Position numbers and translations under genes: made by a program. Positions 26,582 through 35,386 of a stretch of 64,000 bases of DNA are shown piece by piece. Below the pieces are notes generated by a model. That model ran no database searches and was not told the origin of the DNA. It saw nothing but the letters and a program-made list of their open reading frames with translations. This DNA comes from Candidatus Dojkabacteria bacterium (GTDB lineage: Bacteria > Patescibacteriota > Dojkabacteria > SC72). The stretch spans positions 453,744 through 517,743 of the forward strand of contig JBMNHC010000001.1 of NCBI GenBank assembly GCA_050950165.1, written 5' to 3'. Positions within the stretch are counted from its first letter, which is position 1, and each line of letters starts with the position of its first letter.

Positions 26582-28024
26582 ATGAGATTGTATTCTACAT
26601 TGGATAGAAAAGTTGTTGAGATAGAGCCAATAGTTGAGGGAGAGATATCTATGTATAACTGTGGTCCTACAGTTTACAGTAGAATGCATGTTGGAAATAT
26701 TCGAGCATATGTTAGCTGGGATATTCTCCATAGAGCTTTTCTCTATCTAGGCTTTAAAGTAAAGAGAGTTATGAATTTTACTGATGTAGGGCATATGGTT
26801 GATGATGATGATTTTGGAGAAGACAAGGTAGAAAGAGCTGCATCTTTGTCAGGGCAAGATCCACTAGAGCTTTCTAATGGATATATAAGGACGGTATTAG
26901 AGGATTTCCATAGCTTACATATTCTTACTCCAAGTGGTGAGGTTGTTGATGTAGATATGGATCTTTCTAGACTAGAACAGTACGGTTGGGTAAGAGCTAC
27001 TTCATATATTGACTTGATGATAGAGAGAATTAAAGAGATGGAGCAAAGAGGGTATACATATGAGACAGATTTAGCAGTATATTTCGATGTTACAAAGATA
27101 GATGACTATACAATATTTACTGGTCAACAGTTAGAAGAGAAGAGTATTGCATCTAGAGAAGGGATTGAGGTAGATGCTCAGAAGAGAAATCCTGCAGATT
27201 TTGTTCTCTGGATGAAAAGGGTTGGTAAGTATGCAAACCATTTAATGCATTGGTCTTCTCCTTGGGGAGATGGTTTTCCTGGTTGGCATATTGAGTGTTC
27301 TGTAATGGGGGTAGAGAAGCTTGGTGAGCACTTTGATATTCACACAGGAGGGGTAGACCATATGTCTGTTCATCATCCAAATGAGAGGGCTCAAAATATC
27401 GGTTTTTGTGGTCATCCTGTTGTTAAATATTGGATTCACAATGAGTTCATAGTGGACAGTGATGATGGTAAACTTTCTAAAAGCAAAGGTGATGCTCCTA
27501 CACTTCCAGAGTTAGTTGAGCTAGGATATGATCCTTTAGATGTAAGGTATCTGTTGGCATCTGTAAACTACAGAGTACAGCTAAGATTTTCTAAAGAGTC
27601 TTTGGATGGAGCTAGGAGTGCTAGATTAAAGATGTTTAAGAGAGTACTAGCTTTAAAAGAGGTAAGTAAGGGTAGTGGTAATATTTTGGTTGAGTACAAA
27701 GAGAGATTTAAGAAAGCGTTAAATGATAATCTAAATATGTCTGAGGTATTTGCAATATTAAATGATTTACTAAAGTCTCAAAACAGCACGGAAGATATTC
27801 TTGCTACTGTATATGACTTTGATAGAGTATTAGGTTTCGATTTAGAAAATATTAAAGATGAACAGGAGAGATTACCAGAGGATGTAGAGGAGCTAGTTAA
27901 TCAGAGAGAGGTAGCAAGAGAGAGTAAGGATTTTGAGGAGTCGGATAGACTACGAGATTTAATTTTAGAGAAGGGCTACAGAGTACTGGATACTTCAGAC
28001 GGTCAGGTAGTGGAAAAGATTTAG
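26582..28024 (+). CDS. cysS: cysteinyl-tRNA synthetase
   Basis: MYNCGPTVYSRMHVGNIRAYVSWD (HIGH-region), WHIECS zinc site, KLSKSKGD (KMSKS). Confidence 0.9.
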   Translation: MRLYSTLDRKVVEIEPIVEGEISMYNCGPTVYSRMHVGNIRAYVSWDILHRAFLYLGFKVKRVMNFTDVGHMVDDDDFGEDKVERAASLSGQDPLELSNGYIRTVLEDFHSLHILTPSGEVVDVDMDLSRLEQYGWVRATSYIDLMIERIKEMEQRGYTYETDLAVYFDVTKIDDYTIFTGQQLEEKSIASREGIEVDAQKRNPADFVLWMKRVGKYANHLMHWSSPWGDGFPGWHIECSVMGVEKLGEHFDIHTGGVDHMSVHHPNERAQNIGFCGHPVVKYWIHNEFIVDSDDGKLSKSKGDAPTLPELVELGYDPLDVRYLLASVNYRVQLRFSKESLDGARSARLKMFKRVLALKEVSKGSGNILVEYKERFKKALNDNLNMSEVFAILNDLLKSQNSTEDILATVYDFDRVLGFDLENIKDEQERLPEDVEELVNQREVARESKDFEESDRLRDLILEKGYRVLDTSDGQVVEKI

Positions 28025-28027
28025 GAT

Positions 28028-28927
28028 ATGAATACACAGTCTACATCTACAATATCAATAGAGAGGGATGAAGAGCAGAGAGTAGGTAAGGTACTTCTTT
28101 CTAATGGTTGGTCTGAAGAGGTAGATAGAAATGAGTATGTAAAAGCAAGGTACAGGAGTCCTTTAGGTTCTGTTGCAATACTGTATAGTAGTGGTAAGTT
28201 GGTATTTCAGGGTAAGCAAGATTTTAATTCTTTAATATTAGATATTAAACAGGAATCTTCAGAAGAGAGTTCTTCTTTTGTAGACCATATTGGAGTAGAT
28301 GAGGTAGGTAAAGGAGATTACTTTGGTCCTCTAGTTGTAGTTAGTTGTTTTGTAGATAGAGAGTTTGAAAAAAGAATCTCTCTTTTAGGGTTTGGAGATT
28401 CTAAGAGGTTTTCGGATAGGAAGATATTAGAACTTTTTAAAGAGATAGAGGAGTATCCTTACTACTTTAGCTCTGTAGTTGTACCTGCTGAGTACAACAG
28501 ATTAGTACTGGAGTATGGTAATGTTGCTGTACTACTTGCAAAGCAGCATAGTATTGTAATAGAGAAGGGGCTTTCTAAATTAAAATTAGATGGAGTGGAG
28601 TGTAAGCGAGTGGTAATAGATCAGTTTTCTTCGTCAAAAGATAGGGTAAGAAAAGAGTTAGGAGAGTTGGGTAGTAGGGTAGAGTTAATTCAATTTCACA
28701 AAGGTGAGTCAGATCTAGCTGTAGCTGCAGCTTCTATAATAGCGAGAGCCATATTTTTAAAAGAGTGGGAGAAGATGAATGAGAGATATGATTTAGTATT
28801 TCCTAAGGGTGCAACTAGTGTAGTAGAGTTTGGTAAGGAGTTTGTATCTAAGTATGGTGAAGATGAGCTTAGGAATGTAGCAAAGATTGGATTTAGAACA
28901 ACAGATGAGATATTAAAACTCTTTTAG
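28028..28927 (+). CDS. rnhC: ribonuclease HIII-like (RNase HII-family catalytic domain with N-terminal extra domain)
   Basis: HIGVDEVGKGDYFGPLVVV catalytic DEVG(R/K)G motif preceded by an ~85-aa N-domain containing ...SGKLVFQGK, typical of RNase HIII. Confidence 0.7.
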   Translation: MNTQSTSTISIERDEEQRVGKVLLSNGWSEEVDRNEYVKARYRSPLGSVAILYSSGKLVFQGKQDFNSLILDIKQESSEESSSFVDHIGVDEVGKGDYFGPLVVVSCFVDREFEKRISLLGFGDSKRFSDRKILELFKEIEEYPYYFSSVVVPAEYNRLVLEYGNVAVLLAKQHSIVIEKGLSKLKLDGVECKRVVIDQFSSSKDRVRKELGELGSRVELIQFHKGESDLAVAAASIIARAIFLKEWEKMNERYDLVFPKGATSVVEFGKEFVSKYGEDELRNVAKIGFRTTDEILKLF

Positions 28928-29805
28928 TTTTTCTTCTTATCTTCTTTCAAGGATTTAATAAGTAGTACTGTAGTTATGGATATTGATAGTAGGATTATTA
29001 ATTCTACTGTATAGCTATTTATTGTTGTTTCTGTATTTATACTTGTACTATCTAGTCCACTAGAGAAGTTACCGATAGCTACTCTCTTGTAGAGTATGTC
29101 TGAAATATGCCACTGTTTTACAGTTAATTCTTCTTGTAAGCTATCTTTAGGGTAAAGTTTTTTAGAGTCTCTGTTTATAAAAAGGTATTTAGGTTTGTAG
29201 TTTCCCTTACTATTAAACACTTCTATTCTTCCAATAGGGGCTAATACATAGTTAGAGTTATTCTGTATGGTATATTTAATTTTTAGTGGAGAGATGAACG
29301 GTATCCCTTTCTGAACGACATCTATCTTTGCTGTAAAGTCTGATGTAGTAATACCTTTAACTTGGTCATCTCTATCTACAATGTGTAGTACTACTAGTTG
29401 TGATACAGCCTTATTTATATACACGCTATCCTTCTCTGTTACCTCAGAGAGCACTAATATATTGAAGTAGGTTCCTTTTTCTAAGTTCTCAACAGGATAT
29501 ATTTCATAAGGTATTTCTTTTTTACTGTTTGCTTTAACAACAAATGTATCTGTATCTACCTTTAGAAAGATATTTTTACTATCTTTAATAATTTCATCAT
29601 CTTTATAGTTATAGTCATTTGTACTTAAGAGTATCTCAATATCTTTATCTTGAGTATTTTCGATAATAACGGAGCTTAGTTTTCTCTCTCCTTGTGATAG
29701 AGAGAGTTCATTTACTGCAGGAAAGAGAGTAGTAGCATGTACAGAAGATATACCCAGAAGGGTATAAAGGAATATTGATATACCGATTGTTTTGATTAGT
29801 TTCAT
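28924..29805 (-). CDS. surface-cluster protein 4: signal peptide + Ig-like ectodomain + C-terminal TM anchor (hypothetical)
   Basis: Signal peptide MKLIKTIGISIFLYTLLGISSVHA. C-terminal LIILLSISITTVLLIKSLKEDKKKN. Last gene of the 4-gene minus-strand operon. Confidence 0.5.
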   Translation of the reverse strand: MKLIKTIGISIFLYTLLGISSVHATTLFPAVNELSLSQGERKLSSVIIENTQDKDIEILLSTNDYNYKDDEIIKDSKNIFLKVDTDTFVVKANSKKEIPYEIYPVENLEKGTYFNILVLSEVTEKDSVYINKAVSQLVVLHIVDRDDQVKGITTSDFTAKIDVVQKGIPFISPLKIKYTIQNNSNYVLAPIGRIEVFNSKGNYKPKYLFINRDSKKLYPKDSLQEELTVKQWHISDILYKRVAIGNFSSGLDSTSINTETTINSYTVELIILLSISITTVLLIKSLKEDKKKN

Positions 29806-30764
29806 TTCTTTCTCATTCTCCTCTTACTAGTTCTTACTATTATAGCAGTAAGAAGTATGAGAAGAATAGCAAGGATAAGTTTCCATGGTATTATCCAGAA
29901 TGTGGTTTCTTCTGTTAATACAGCAAACCCAGGTTGGAAACTTCTGTATGTGACAAAGAGTTTAGCTTTAAGAGGACCCAATGCTATCTTCTTTGATGGG
30001 GAAAGATATCCTTGTTGACTCCAGTTGTCTATGTAATTACCGAGGTTATCTCTTAGTAAGCTCTGTCTATTTCTATTAAAGGGAACTCTAGCTACTTCCT
30101 GCTTGAAGATGTTTTCTATAACTATCTCACCTGCAGGGGTAATATGTGTATCTCCTAAGTTTTTAATCTGTGTTATGAGGTCTACATCTACTTTCTCATA
30201 TGTCTTTTTATCTGTAACAAATCTTAGTAGCTCTGCACTCTCTACAAACTCATCTCCTACTTGTAAGAGGATAGGGGTTCCTGCTGCTAAGTTTGTATAG
30301 GTTACAGTTCCCTGTTGTTGTGGTGCTGATTGTGATATTAAAAATATCTGAGTATTGTACTCTCCATTTGTAATATCTAGCGGTACATTAATAGTATATT
30401 TTAACTTTGTATTTTTATTCGGTTCTAAAAATAGAGATTCTTTATCAATTGTAACCCACTTTGAAGCAGAGTAGAGAGCTTTACTATCTTCCTCTTCAGT
30501 TAATATTACTGCTGTTCCTGGTTGATTCTCTATCTGTTTAAATGATCTAACATATATGTTGTATGTATCTGCACTCTGAGATAGGTTCCAAAAGACTAGT
30601 TCTTCTGAATATGTTCCTCCTGGTTTTACTTTTAGTACTTTGTAAGTAGGAGAGACACCGATAGAAAGAGGACTCTGTGCAAAAGTAGGCGTTAGGCCTA
30701 AACAGAGTAAAAGTATGGGCAGTATTAATATTTTATTATATTCCTTTAAGCGTTTTAGTATCAT
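29802..30764 (-). CDS. surface-cluster protein 3: signal peptide + PapD/Ig-like N-domain + C-terminal TM anchor with poly-basic tail (hypothetical)
   Basis: Signal peptide ...LLCLGLTPTFAQS. SIGVSPTYKVLKVKPGGTYSEELVFWNLS resembles a chaperone/Ig-fold first strand. C-terminal WKLILAILLILLTAIIVRTSKRRMRKK. Confidence 0.5.
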   Translation of the reverse strand: MILKRLKEYNKILILPILLLCLGLTPTFAQSPLSIGVSPTYKVLKVKPGGTYSEELVFWNLSQSADTYNIYVRSFKQIENQPGTAVILTEEEDSKALYSASKWVTIDKESLFLEPNKNTKLKYTINVPLDITNGEYNTQIFLISQSAPQQQGTVTYTNLAAGTPILLQVGDEFVESAELLRFVTDKKTYEKVDVDLITQIKNLGDTHITPAGEIVIENIFKQEVARVPFNRNRQSLLRDNLGNYIDNWSQQGYLSPSKKIALGPLKAKLFVTYRSFQPGFAVLTEETTFWIIPWKLILAILLILLTAIIVRTSKRRMRKK

Positions 30765-30774
30765 TATTTAACTA

Positions 30775-31857
30775 TTAGTAGTAACCACCACATATGAAGG
30801 TGATTGTTTCTTGGTATGAACCTGCAACAGCTGATGCCCCAGCTCTTGCTCCGTATGTTATTGTTGCACTCTCAGCAGAAGCCTGAGCTCCATTTTGAGA
30901 AAGTATTAACTTTGCAGCAGAAGAGGTTCTATCTATTGTTCCAAATGTTCCAAGTGTACTGTCAGAGAAAGATGCAGGTACTACTGCACCAGTAGGTTGA
31001 GAAACTGTAATTCCAAATCCTTCACTTCCAGCAACAGTCAAGTCTATTGTATCGTTAGGGCCAGAGGGTATTAAATATGTAGTAGCAGAACTTTTCCAAA
31101 GACCTGCATCTCCAGATGTTCCATTCCCTGTACCGTAGACAGCCCAGTAGTATCCACTAGTGGCTGTAGTTGAGATTGAGTTTGTTGCTGTTGCGTAGTT
31201 ACCACCAGGATAGAGGGTACCTAGATTAACAGCATTTCCTGTTATTGAACATCCTACACTAGGAGCCGAAGATACTATAGCAGATACTACTACTTGATCA
31301 CTTGTTAGCAATTGGATCTTAAATGTCATTGAATCTGCTGTAGTTCCTTGGAATGCTGTGACGATAACATCATGAACACCAGCTGCACTGTTTGTACCAA
31401 GAACTCCTAAATTACCTGCAATCTTTACGCCGTATGTAGTTCCTCCAGTTAAAGCAGTCAAACCAGTAATCGTTATTGTATCAGATGTTCCAGTTGAACC
31501 TTGGCTACATGTAGCAGAGAGAGTTCCAGGAAGAGCTGCATCTATTGCCCATCCTGTAGAAGCTAAATCAACTTCAGAAGATGAAACACCTGTAGCTGTT
31601 AAGGATCCTGCAGTTCTACACCATGTGGTATCTCCTGCATCTGGAAATTCGATAGTTATTGTTCCTCCTGTTGGAATAGTGGTAGTGGTGTTGATAGCTA
31701 GAACATATTCGATACCTGTTGCAATATTTGTTTGTATCCTATTCATGTATAGGTATACATTTGCTAATGTTGCAGCGTGCGAAGAGTAATGGAGAAGAAG
31801 TGCTGATACAACAGCAATAAAGATGGTAGGTATTACAACTCTAATTATATTCTTCAC
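30775..31857 (-). CDS. surface-cluster protein 2: secreted Thr/Gly/Ser/Ala-rich beta-rich protein (hypothetical)
   Basis: Signal peptide ...LLHYSSHAATLA. About 45% T+G+S+A. No TM. Ends ...ICGGYY. Confidence 0.5.
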   Translation of the reverse strand: MKNIIRVVIPTIFIAVVSALLLHYSSHAATLANVYLYMNRIQTNIATGIEYVLAINTTTTIPTGGTITIEFPDAGDTTWCRTAGSLTATGVSSSEVDLASTGWAIDAALPGTLSATCSQGSTGTSDTITITGLTALTGGTTYGVKIAGNLGVLGTNSAAGVHDVIVTAFQGTTADSMTFKIQLLTSDQVVVSAIVSSAPSVGCSITGNAVNLGTLYPGGNYATATNSISTTATSGYYWAVYGTGNGTSGDAGLWKSSATTYLIPSGPNDTIDLTVAGSEGFGITVSQPTGAVVPASFSDSTLGTFGTIDRTSSAAKLILSQNGAQASAESATITYGARAGASAVAGSYQETITFICGGYY

Positions 31858-31943
31858 TTTTTAGGCAGATTAAATTTATGATTAAAATAGAAATTCTATC
31901 TACAGCTTATATACAGAATTTTATAATGTCAAGGGGTTTCAAT

Positions 31944-33143
31944 CTAATATCTAGGTACCAAAACTAAGGTTATGGATTCTTGATAATCTGAAGCAGGTGT
32001 GTATGAAGTTCCTGGTTTTGCAATAACCTTTAAAGCCATTCTACCTGAGACTATGGGAGCACTACCATCATATATTTTTTTAGGAGATGTACTTATTTCT
32101 CCTACTGAGTTAATAGTACCTGAGTAGTTTGTAGTGGCAGATATTACACCGAAGAGTGGAGAACTGTTGTCATATGCAATATATTCACTTTGAAGACCGA
32201 AGCCAGATTGTACTTGATCTAAGTTAGCAGTAGCAGACACAATCTTTTCTAAAGTAGTAGGGCTGTACAATCCTCCGTACAATCCTTTTCCCATTATCGC
32301 AAATCCTCCTTCTGAACTTGTTTCAGCGTCCATCCATATTCTGTCTCCAGCTGTAATAGCTGCAGATCCTCCTATCAATTCATATGCTCCTGTGAATGAA
32401 ATATTGTAAGGGGGAGAACTTTCTGCTGTTTGTCCACTACTTCCTGCAATATCAATATCGAAAAAGAGAGAACCTACAGCTGTAGTAGCAGAGCTTACTG
32501 GTCCTGCCTCTGTTTGAGTAAAATCTCCTTTAAGAGCAAATATCTTAATGTAGTAAGTTTTACTTGCTTCTAATCCTTGAATATTGAATACCTCTGTTTC
32601 CCAGTCTTCCTTTGTCATGAAATCAGAGATGTTGTGTGTACTTGCACTCTCTGGCATAAAGGTAGATGCATCAATATATCTAATATCTGATACAAAATTG
32701 TCCAAAGAAATCATTAACGCATAAAGGGTGTCTGTGGGGTTTCCTTGAGTATTAATTTCAAATCTTGCCTTGTTGTAGCATCCTCCTGTACCACATATTG
32801 CTACCATACCACCACTACTTAACTCAGTAGGTCCAGTGGTACAACTAGAAGATCCTGAAGTGGTAGTTTCAAAACATGATGCTATTGGAACAGCAGGTAA
32901 GAATGCTACCTCAGGGCTTGTTCCTAGTTTGTAAGATGTAGAATATGTTCTTGGATTACTAGATATCATTCCTACACCAAGTAGGGCAGAGTAGTTTCCA
33001 CTAGCACTCTCTACAATTCCTCCTCCTTGGGTTGTAGCTCCCACTATCTTAAAGTTTGTAGAGTCTAGCTCTTCAGCAACGACCTTCATAGGCAAGATTA
33101 AAAGAAGGAGTAGTGGAAGGAGTTTGAGGTTCTTAATATTCAT
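31944..33143 (-). CDS. surface-cluster protein 1: secreted Ser/Thr/Gly-rich protein (hypothetical)
   Basis: Signal peptide MNIKNLKLLPLLLLLILPMKVVA. No TM. Ends ...LVLVPRY. First gene of the operon. Confidence 0.5.
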   Translation of the reverse strand: MNIKNLKLLPLLLLLILPMKVVAEELDSTNFKIVGATTQGGGIVESASGNYSALLGVGMISSNPRTYSTSYKLGTSPEVAFLPAVPIASCFETTTSGSSSCTTGPTELSSGGMVAICGTGGCYNKARFEINTQGNPTDTLYALMISLDNFVSDIRYIDASTFMPESASTHNISDFMTKEDWETEVFNIQGLEASKTYYIKIFALKGDFTQTEAGPVSSATTAVGSLFFDIDIAGSSGQTAESSPPYNISFTGAYELIGGSAAITAGDRIWMDAETSSEGGFAIMGKGLYGGLYSPTTLEKIVSATANLDQVQSGFGLQSEYIAYDNSSPLFGVISATTNYSGTINSVGEISTSPKKIYDGSAPIVSGRMALKVIAKPGTSYTPASDYQESITLVLVPRY

Positions 33144-33224
33144 ATTAAAATGATATTGGAGATATTACTGGTAGTCAAATGAGAGAAAAAAGGTATAAGG
33201 CGTGATATAATTGGGGACTTTGTT

Positions 33225-33311
33225 GGAGAGATGACAGAGTGGTCGAATGTGACGGTCTTGAAAACCGTTGTACGAGTCTTCGTACCGTGGGTTCGAATCC
33301 CACTCTCTCCG
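33225..33311 (+). tRNA. tRNA-Ser (anticodon TGA), long variable arm
   Basis: GGAGAGA acceptor stem, anticodon stem ACGGT/ACCGT with loop CTTGAAA (anticodon TGA), long variable arm, GGGTTCGAATCCC T-arm. Confidence 0.8.
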
Positions 33312-33339
33312 TTTTAATAACTTTTGTATCTCTCTAGAT

Positions 33340-34179
33340 ATGTCTCAGAAGGGTAGGGATAAAGAACAGAGTATGTTTAATGGATTAAACATACCTGATA
33401 GAGTTAGTATTGATGAATTTGTTGAGAAGTTAGTATCAAGATTAAGTGGATCGTTTGAGAAAGAGATTAAGAGACAGATCGCTAGATTAACAGTGGAGTA
33501 CAAGAGGGATAAGCAGGATACAGTAAATACAGGTATTACAGCTAGGGCAGAAGAGAGAGCAAAAGAGTGGATATGTCCTAGAATTCCTAGTTGGGTTAAC
33601 TCTGACCATCTAACAGTACTGGGTCTTGTTGCTGCATTTATCATAGTAGCTGGTTTCATCTTAGGGTTTAATAACAGAATATATCTTCTTCTAGTTGTAT
33701 TAGGTTTGTTTCTTAATTGGTTTGGAGATTCATTTGATGGTAGTTTAGCTAGATACAGAAAAAAGACTAGACCTAACTACGGCTACTATATAGATCATAT
33801 GATAGATGCAATTGTAGTAATGATTCTTGCAATAGGGTTGGGTATATCAGGTTTTGCTAGAATAGATGTTGCACTACTGTTTGCTCTTGTATATTTGGGA
33901 TTAATGATACATGTAGAGCTAGTAACATATGTACAGAATACTTTTAAGTACTCTTTCGGTGTAGTAGGACCTACTGAGATGAGAATAGTAGGGGTTTTCA
34001 TTACAATATATATGTACTTTGCACCTATAAAGTACTACTTTGTACAAGGTTATCAAATCTCTCAATATGATATTGCAATATTGGCTCTTTCCATCGCTAT
34101 GTTTGTTGTTCTCATTATTAATATCCTAAAAAAAGGTATTGAGCTTGATAGGATGGATAGGAAAAGGTGGAAGAGTTAA
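33340..34179 (+). CDS. CDP-alcohol phosphatidyltransferase family protein
   Basis: DSFDGSLARYRKKTRPNYGYYIDHMIDAI matches D-G-x2-A-R-x8-G-x3-D-x3-D. Multiple TM helices. The ORF-track start (33268) lies inside tRNA-Ser, so it is trimmed to the Met at 33340. Confidence 0.75.
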   Translation: MSQKGRDKEQSMFNGLNIPDRVSIDEFVEKLVSRLSGSFEKEIKRQIARLTVEYKRDKQDTVNTGITARAEERAKEWICPRIPSWVNSDHLTVLGLVAAFIIVAGFILGFNNRIYLLLVVLGLFLNWFGDSFDGSLARYRKKTRPNYGYYIDHMIDAIVVMILAIGLGISGFARIDVALLFALVYLGLMIHVELVTYVQNTFKYSFGVVGPTEMRIVGVFITIYMYFAPIKYYFVQGYQISQYDIAILALSIAMFVVLIINILKKGIELDRMDRKRWKS

Positions 34180-34238
34180 GTACTTTGTAATCTCTAATAT
34201 ATATCCTTGTTAGTATCTAAAATTAGTTAGGTACTTAA

Positions 34239-35384
34239 ATGAGGTATATACTTTTTCTCTTTTTACTACTTCTGTTTCCATCTTTTACTTACGCTGATGA
34301 TTTCCATGAGAGTGGAGATTCCTTTGTAAATGATTTCAGAGATGCACTAGGGTATGGGTATCGAACTTTACCTTTGCAAGGCAAATGCCCTATGTGTGTA
34401 GAGTTTAATCTAGAAGATGTTAAGGGTAGTAGTGTTGAATACATATTAAACAATGTAGGGCTTTTTGATATTACAAGTAGAGATCCAAAGTTTGGATTAA
34501 TACGTAATCCTCAGAGATATACATCGTTAGATCTTCCACCTTTTGCAAATGCTTCTTTCATATATTGGTATCTAAATGAAGCAGATCATAGTGTACAGAT
34601 AGAAAAGATTAAGGTATTTCTTTCTAGATATGATAGTAGTTTAGGAGATTTAAGAAATGTTTTGTTTGTAAATGGTCATTTTGAAGAGATACCCACAAGG
34701 GTATTGTTCGATATATACCCAAGAGCAGGAATTGTTAAAGAGTACGAAGGTTTAGGGATAGTGGGGCAAGGAAAAGGAGGATCTTTAATTCTAGATTCTC
34801 TGTTTGTTAAACCAACTGTATATTTTAGTCATTGGGAGCTATCTGTATCTAACAAGAAAGGATATATTCGTGTATATGTAAAGAACAGCTCTGATTACTT
34901 AGAGAGAAAAATTACATATTCTCACCAAGAATATTCTTCTACTAGAGATTTTCTTCCTAATGAGACATATGTATATGAGTATGAGGTTGATATTGAAGAG
35001 AATAGTTCTGTAGGTTTTGCATCTATTCATAATCCGAATAGCAGAAAAGAGTGTATTGGTTTTGGAGAACATCTAGAATCCAACTTTATTGGAGAATCTG
35101 CAGTTGTTGTGGGAGTTAGAAAAGAGGGAGAGATTCTTTATCCATATGTGTCTTCACGACTTAAACCTTGGGGAGAGGCATTTTGTATTAACAGATTAGC
35201 TCATACAGTTCACTCTATGGTAATTAGATATGCAGAAGAGGAAGAGGTTAAGGGTGTAGAGAGTACAGAGAGTATAGATATTGTATCATTGCCTAAAACA
35301 GCAAAATTATCAATTTTACTATCTACACTACCTTTACTTGTTGTAGTTAGTGGAGTTTGGTACTATCTAAAAAGGGAAATATAA
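34239..35384 (+). CDS. secreted, C-terminally anchored hypothetical protein
   Basis: Signal peptide MRYILFLFLLLLFPSFTYA. C-terminal ...SLPKTAKLSILLSTLPLLVVVSGVWYYLKREI (LPKTA followed by TM and a basic tail). Confidence 0.45.
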   Translation: MRYILFLFLLLLFPSFTYADDFHESGDSFVNDFRDALGYGYRTLPLQGKCPMCVEFNLEDVKGSSVEYILNNVGLFDITSRDPKFGLIRNPQRYTSLDLPPFANASFIYWYLNEADHSVQIEKIKVFLSRYDSSLGDLRNVLFVNGHFEEIPTRVLFDIYPRAGIVKEYEGLGIVGQGKGGSLILDSLFVKPTVYFSHWELSVSNKKGYIRVYVKNSSDYLERKITYSHQEYSSTRDFLPNETYVYEYEVDIEENSSVGFASIHNPNSRKECIGFGEHLESNFIGESAVVVGVRKEGEILYPYVSSRLKPWGEAFCINRLAHTVHSMVIRYAEEEEVKGVESTESIDIVSLPKTAKLSILLSTLPLLVVVSGVWYYLKREI

Positions 35385-35386
35385 TT

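Noticed and set aside
28924-33143. WxL-domain cell-surface-complex (csc) cluster or type IV/chaperone-usher pilus operon
   Set aside because: No Trp-x-Leu motifs in the C-termini, no class III prepilin signal (G-F-T-L-I-E), and no usher or prepilin peptidase. Only a loose architectural analogy remains, which is reported as a finding.
33268-33339. 5' portion of the ORF-track CDS 33268-34179
   Set aside because: It overlaps tRNA-Ser (33225-33311). The start is trimmed to the Met at 33340, which begins the conserved part of the CDP-alcohol phosphatidyltransferase.
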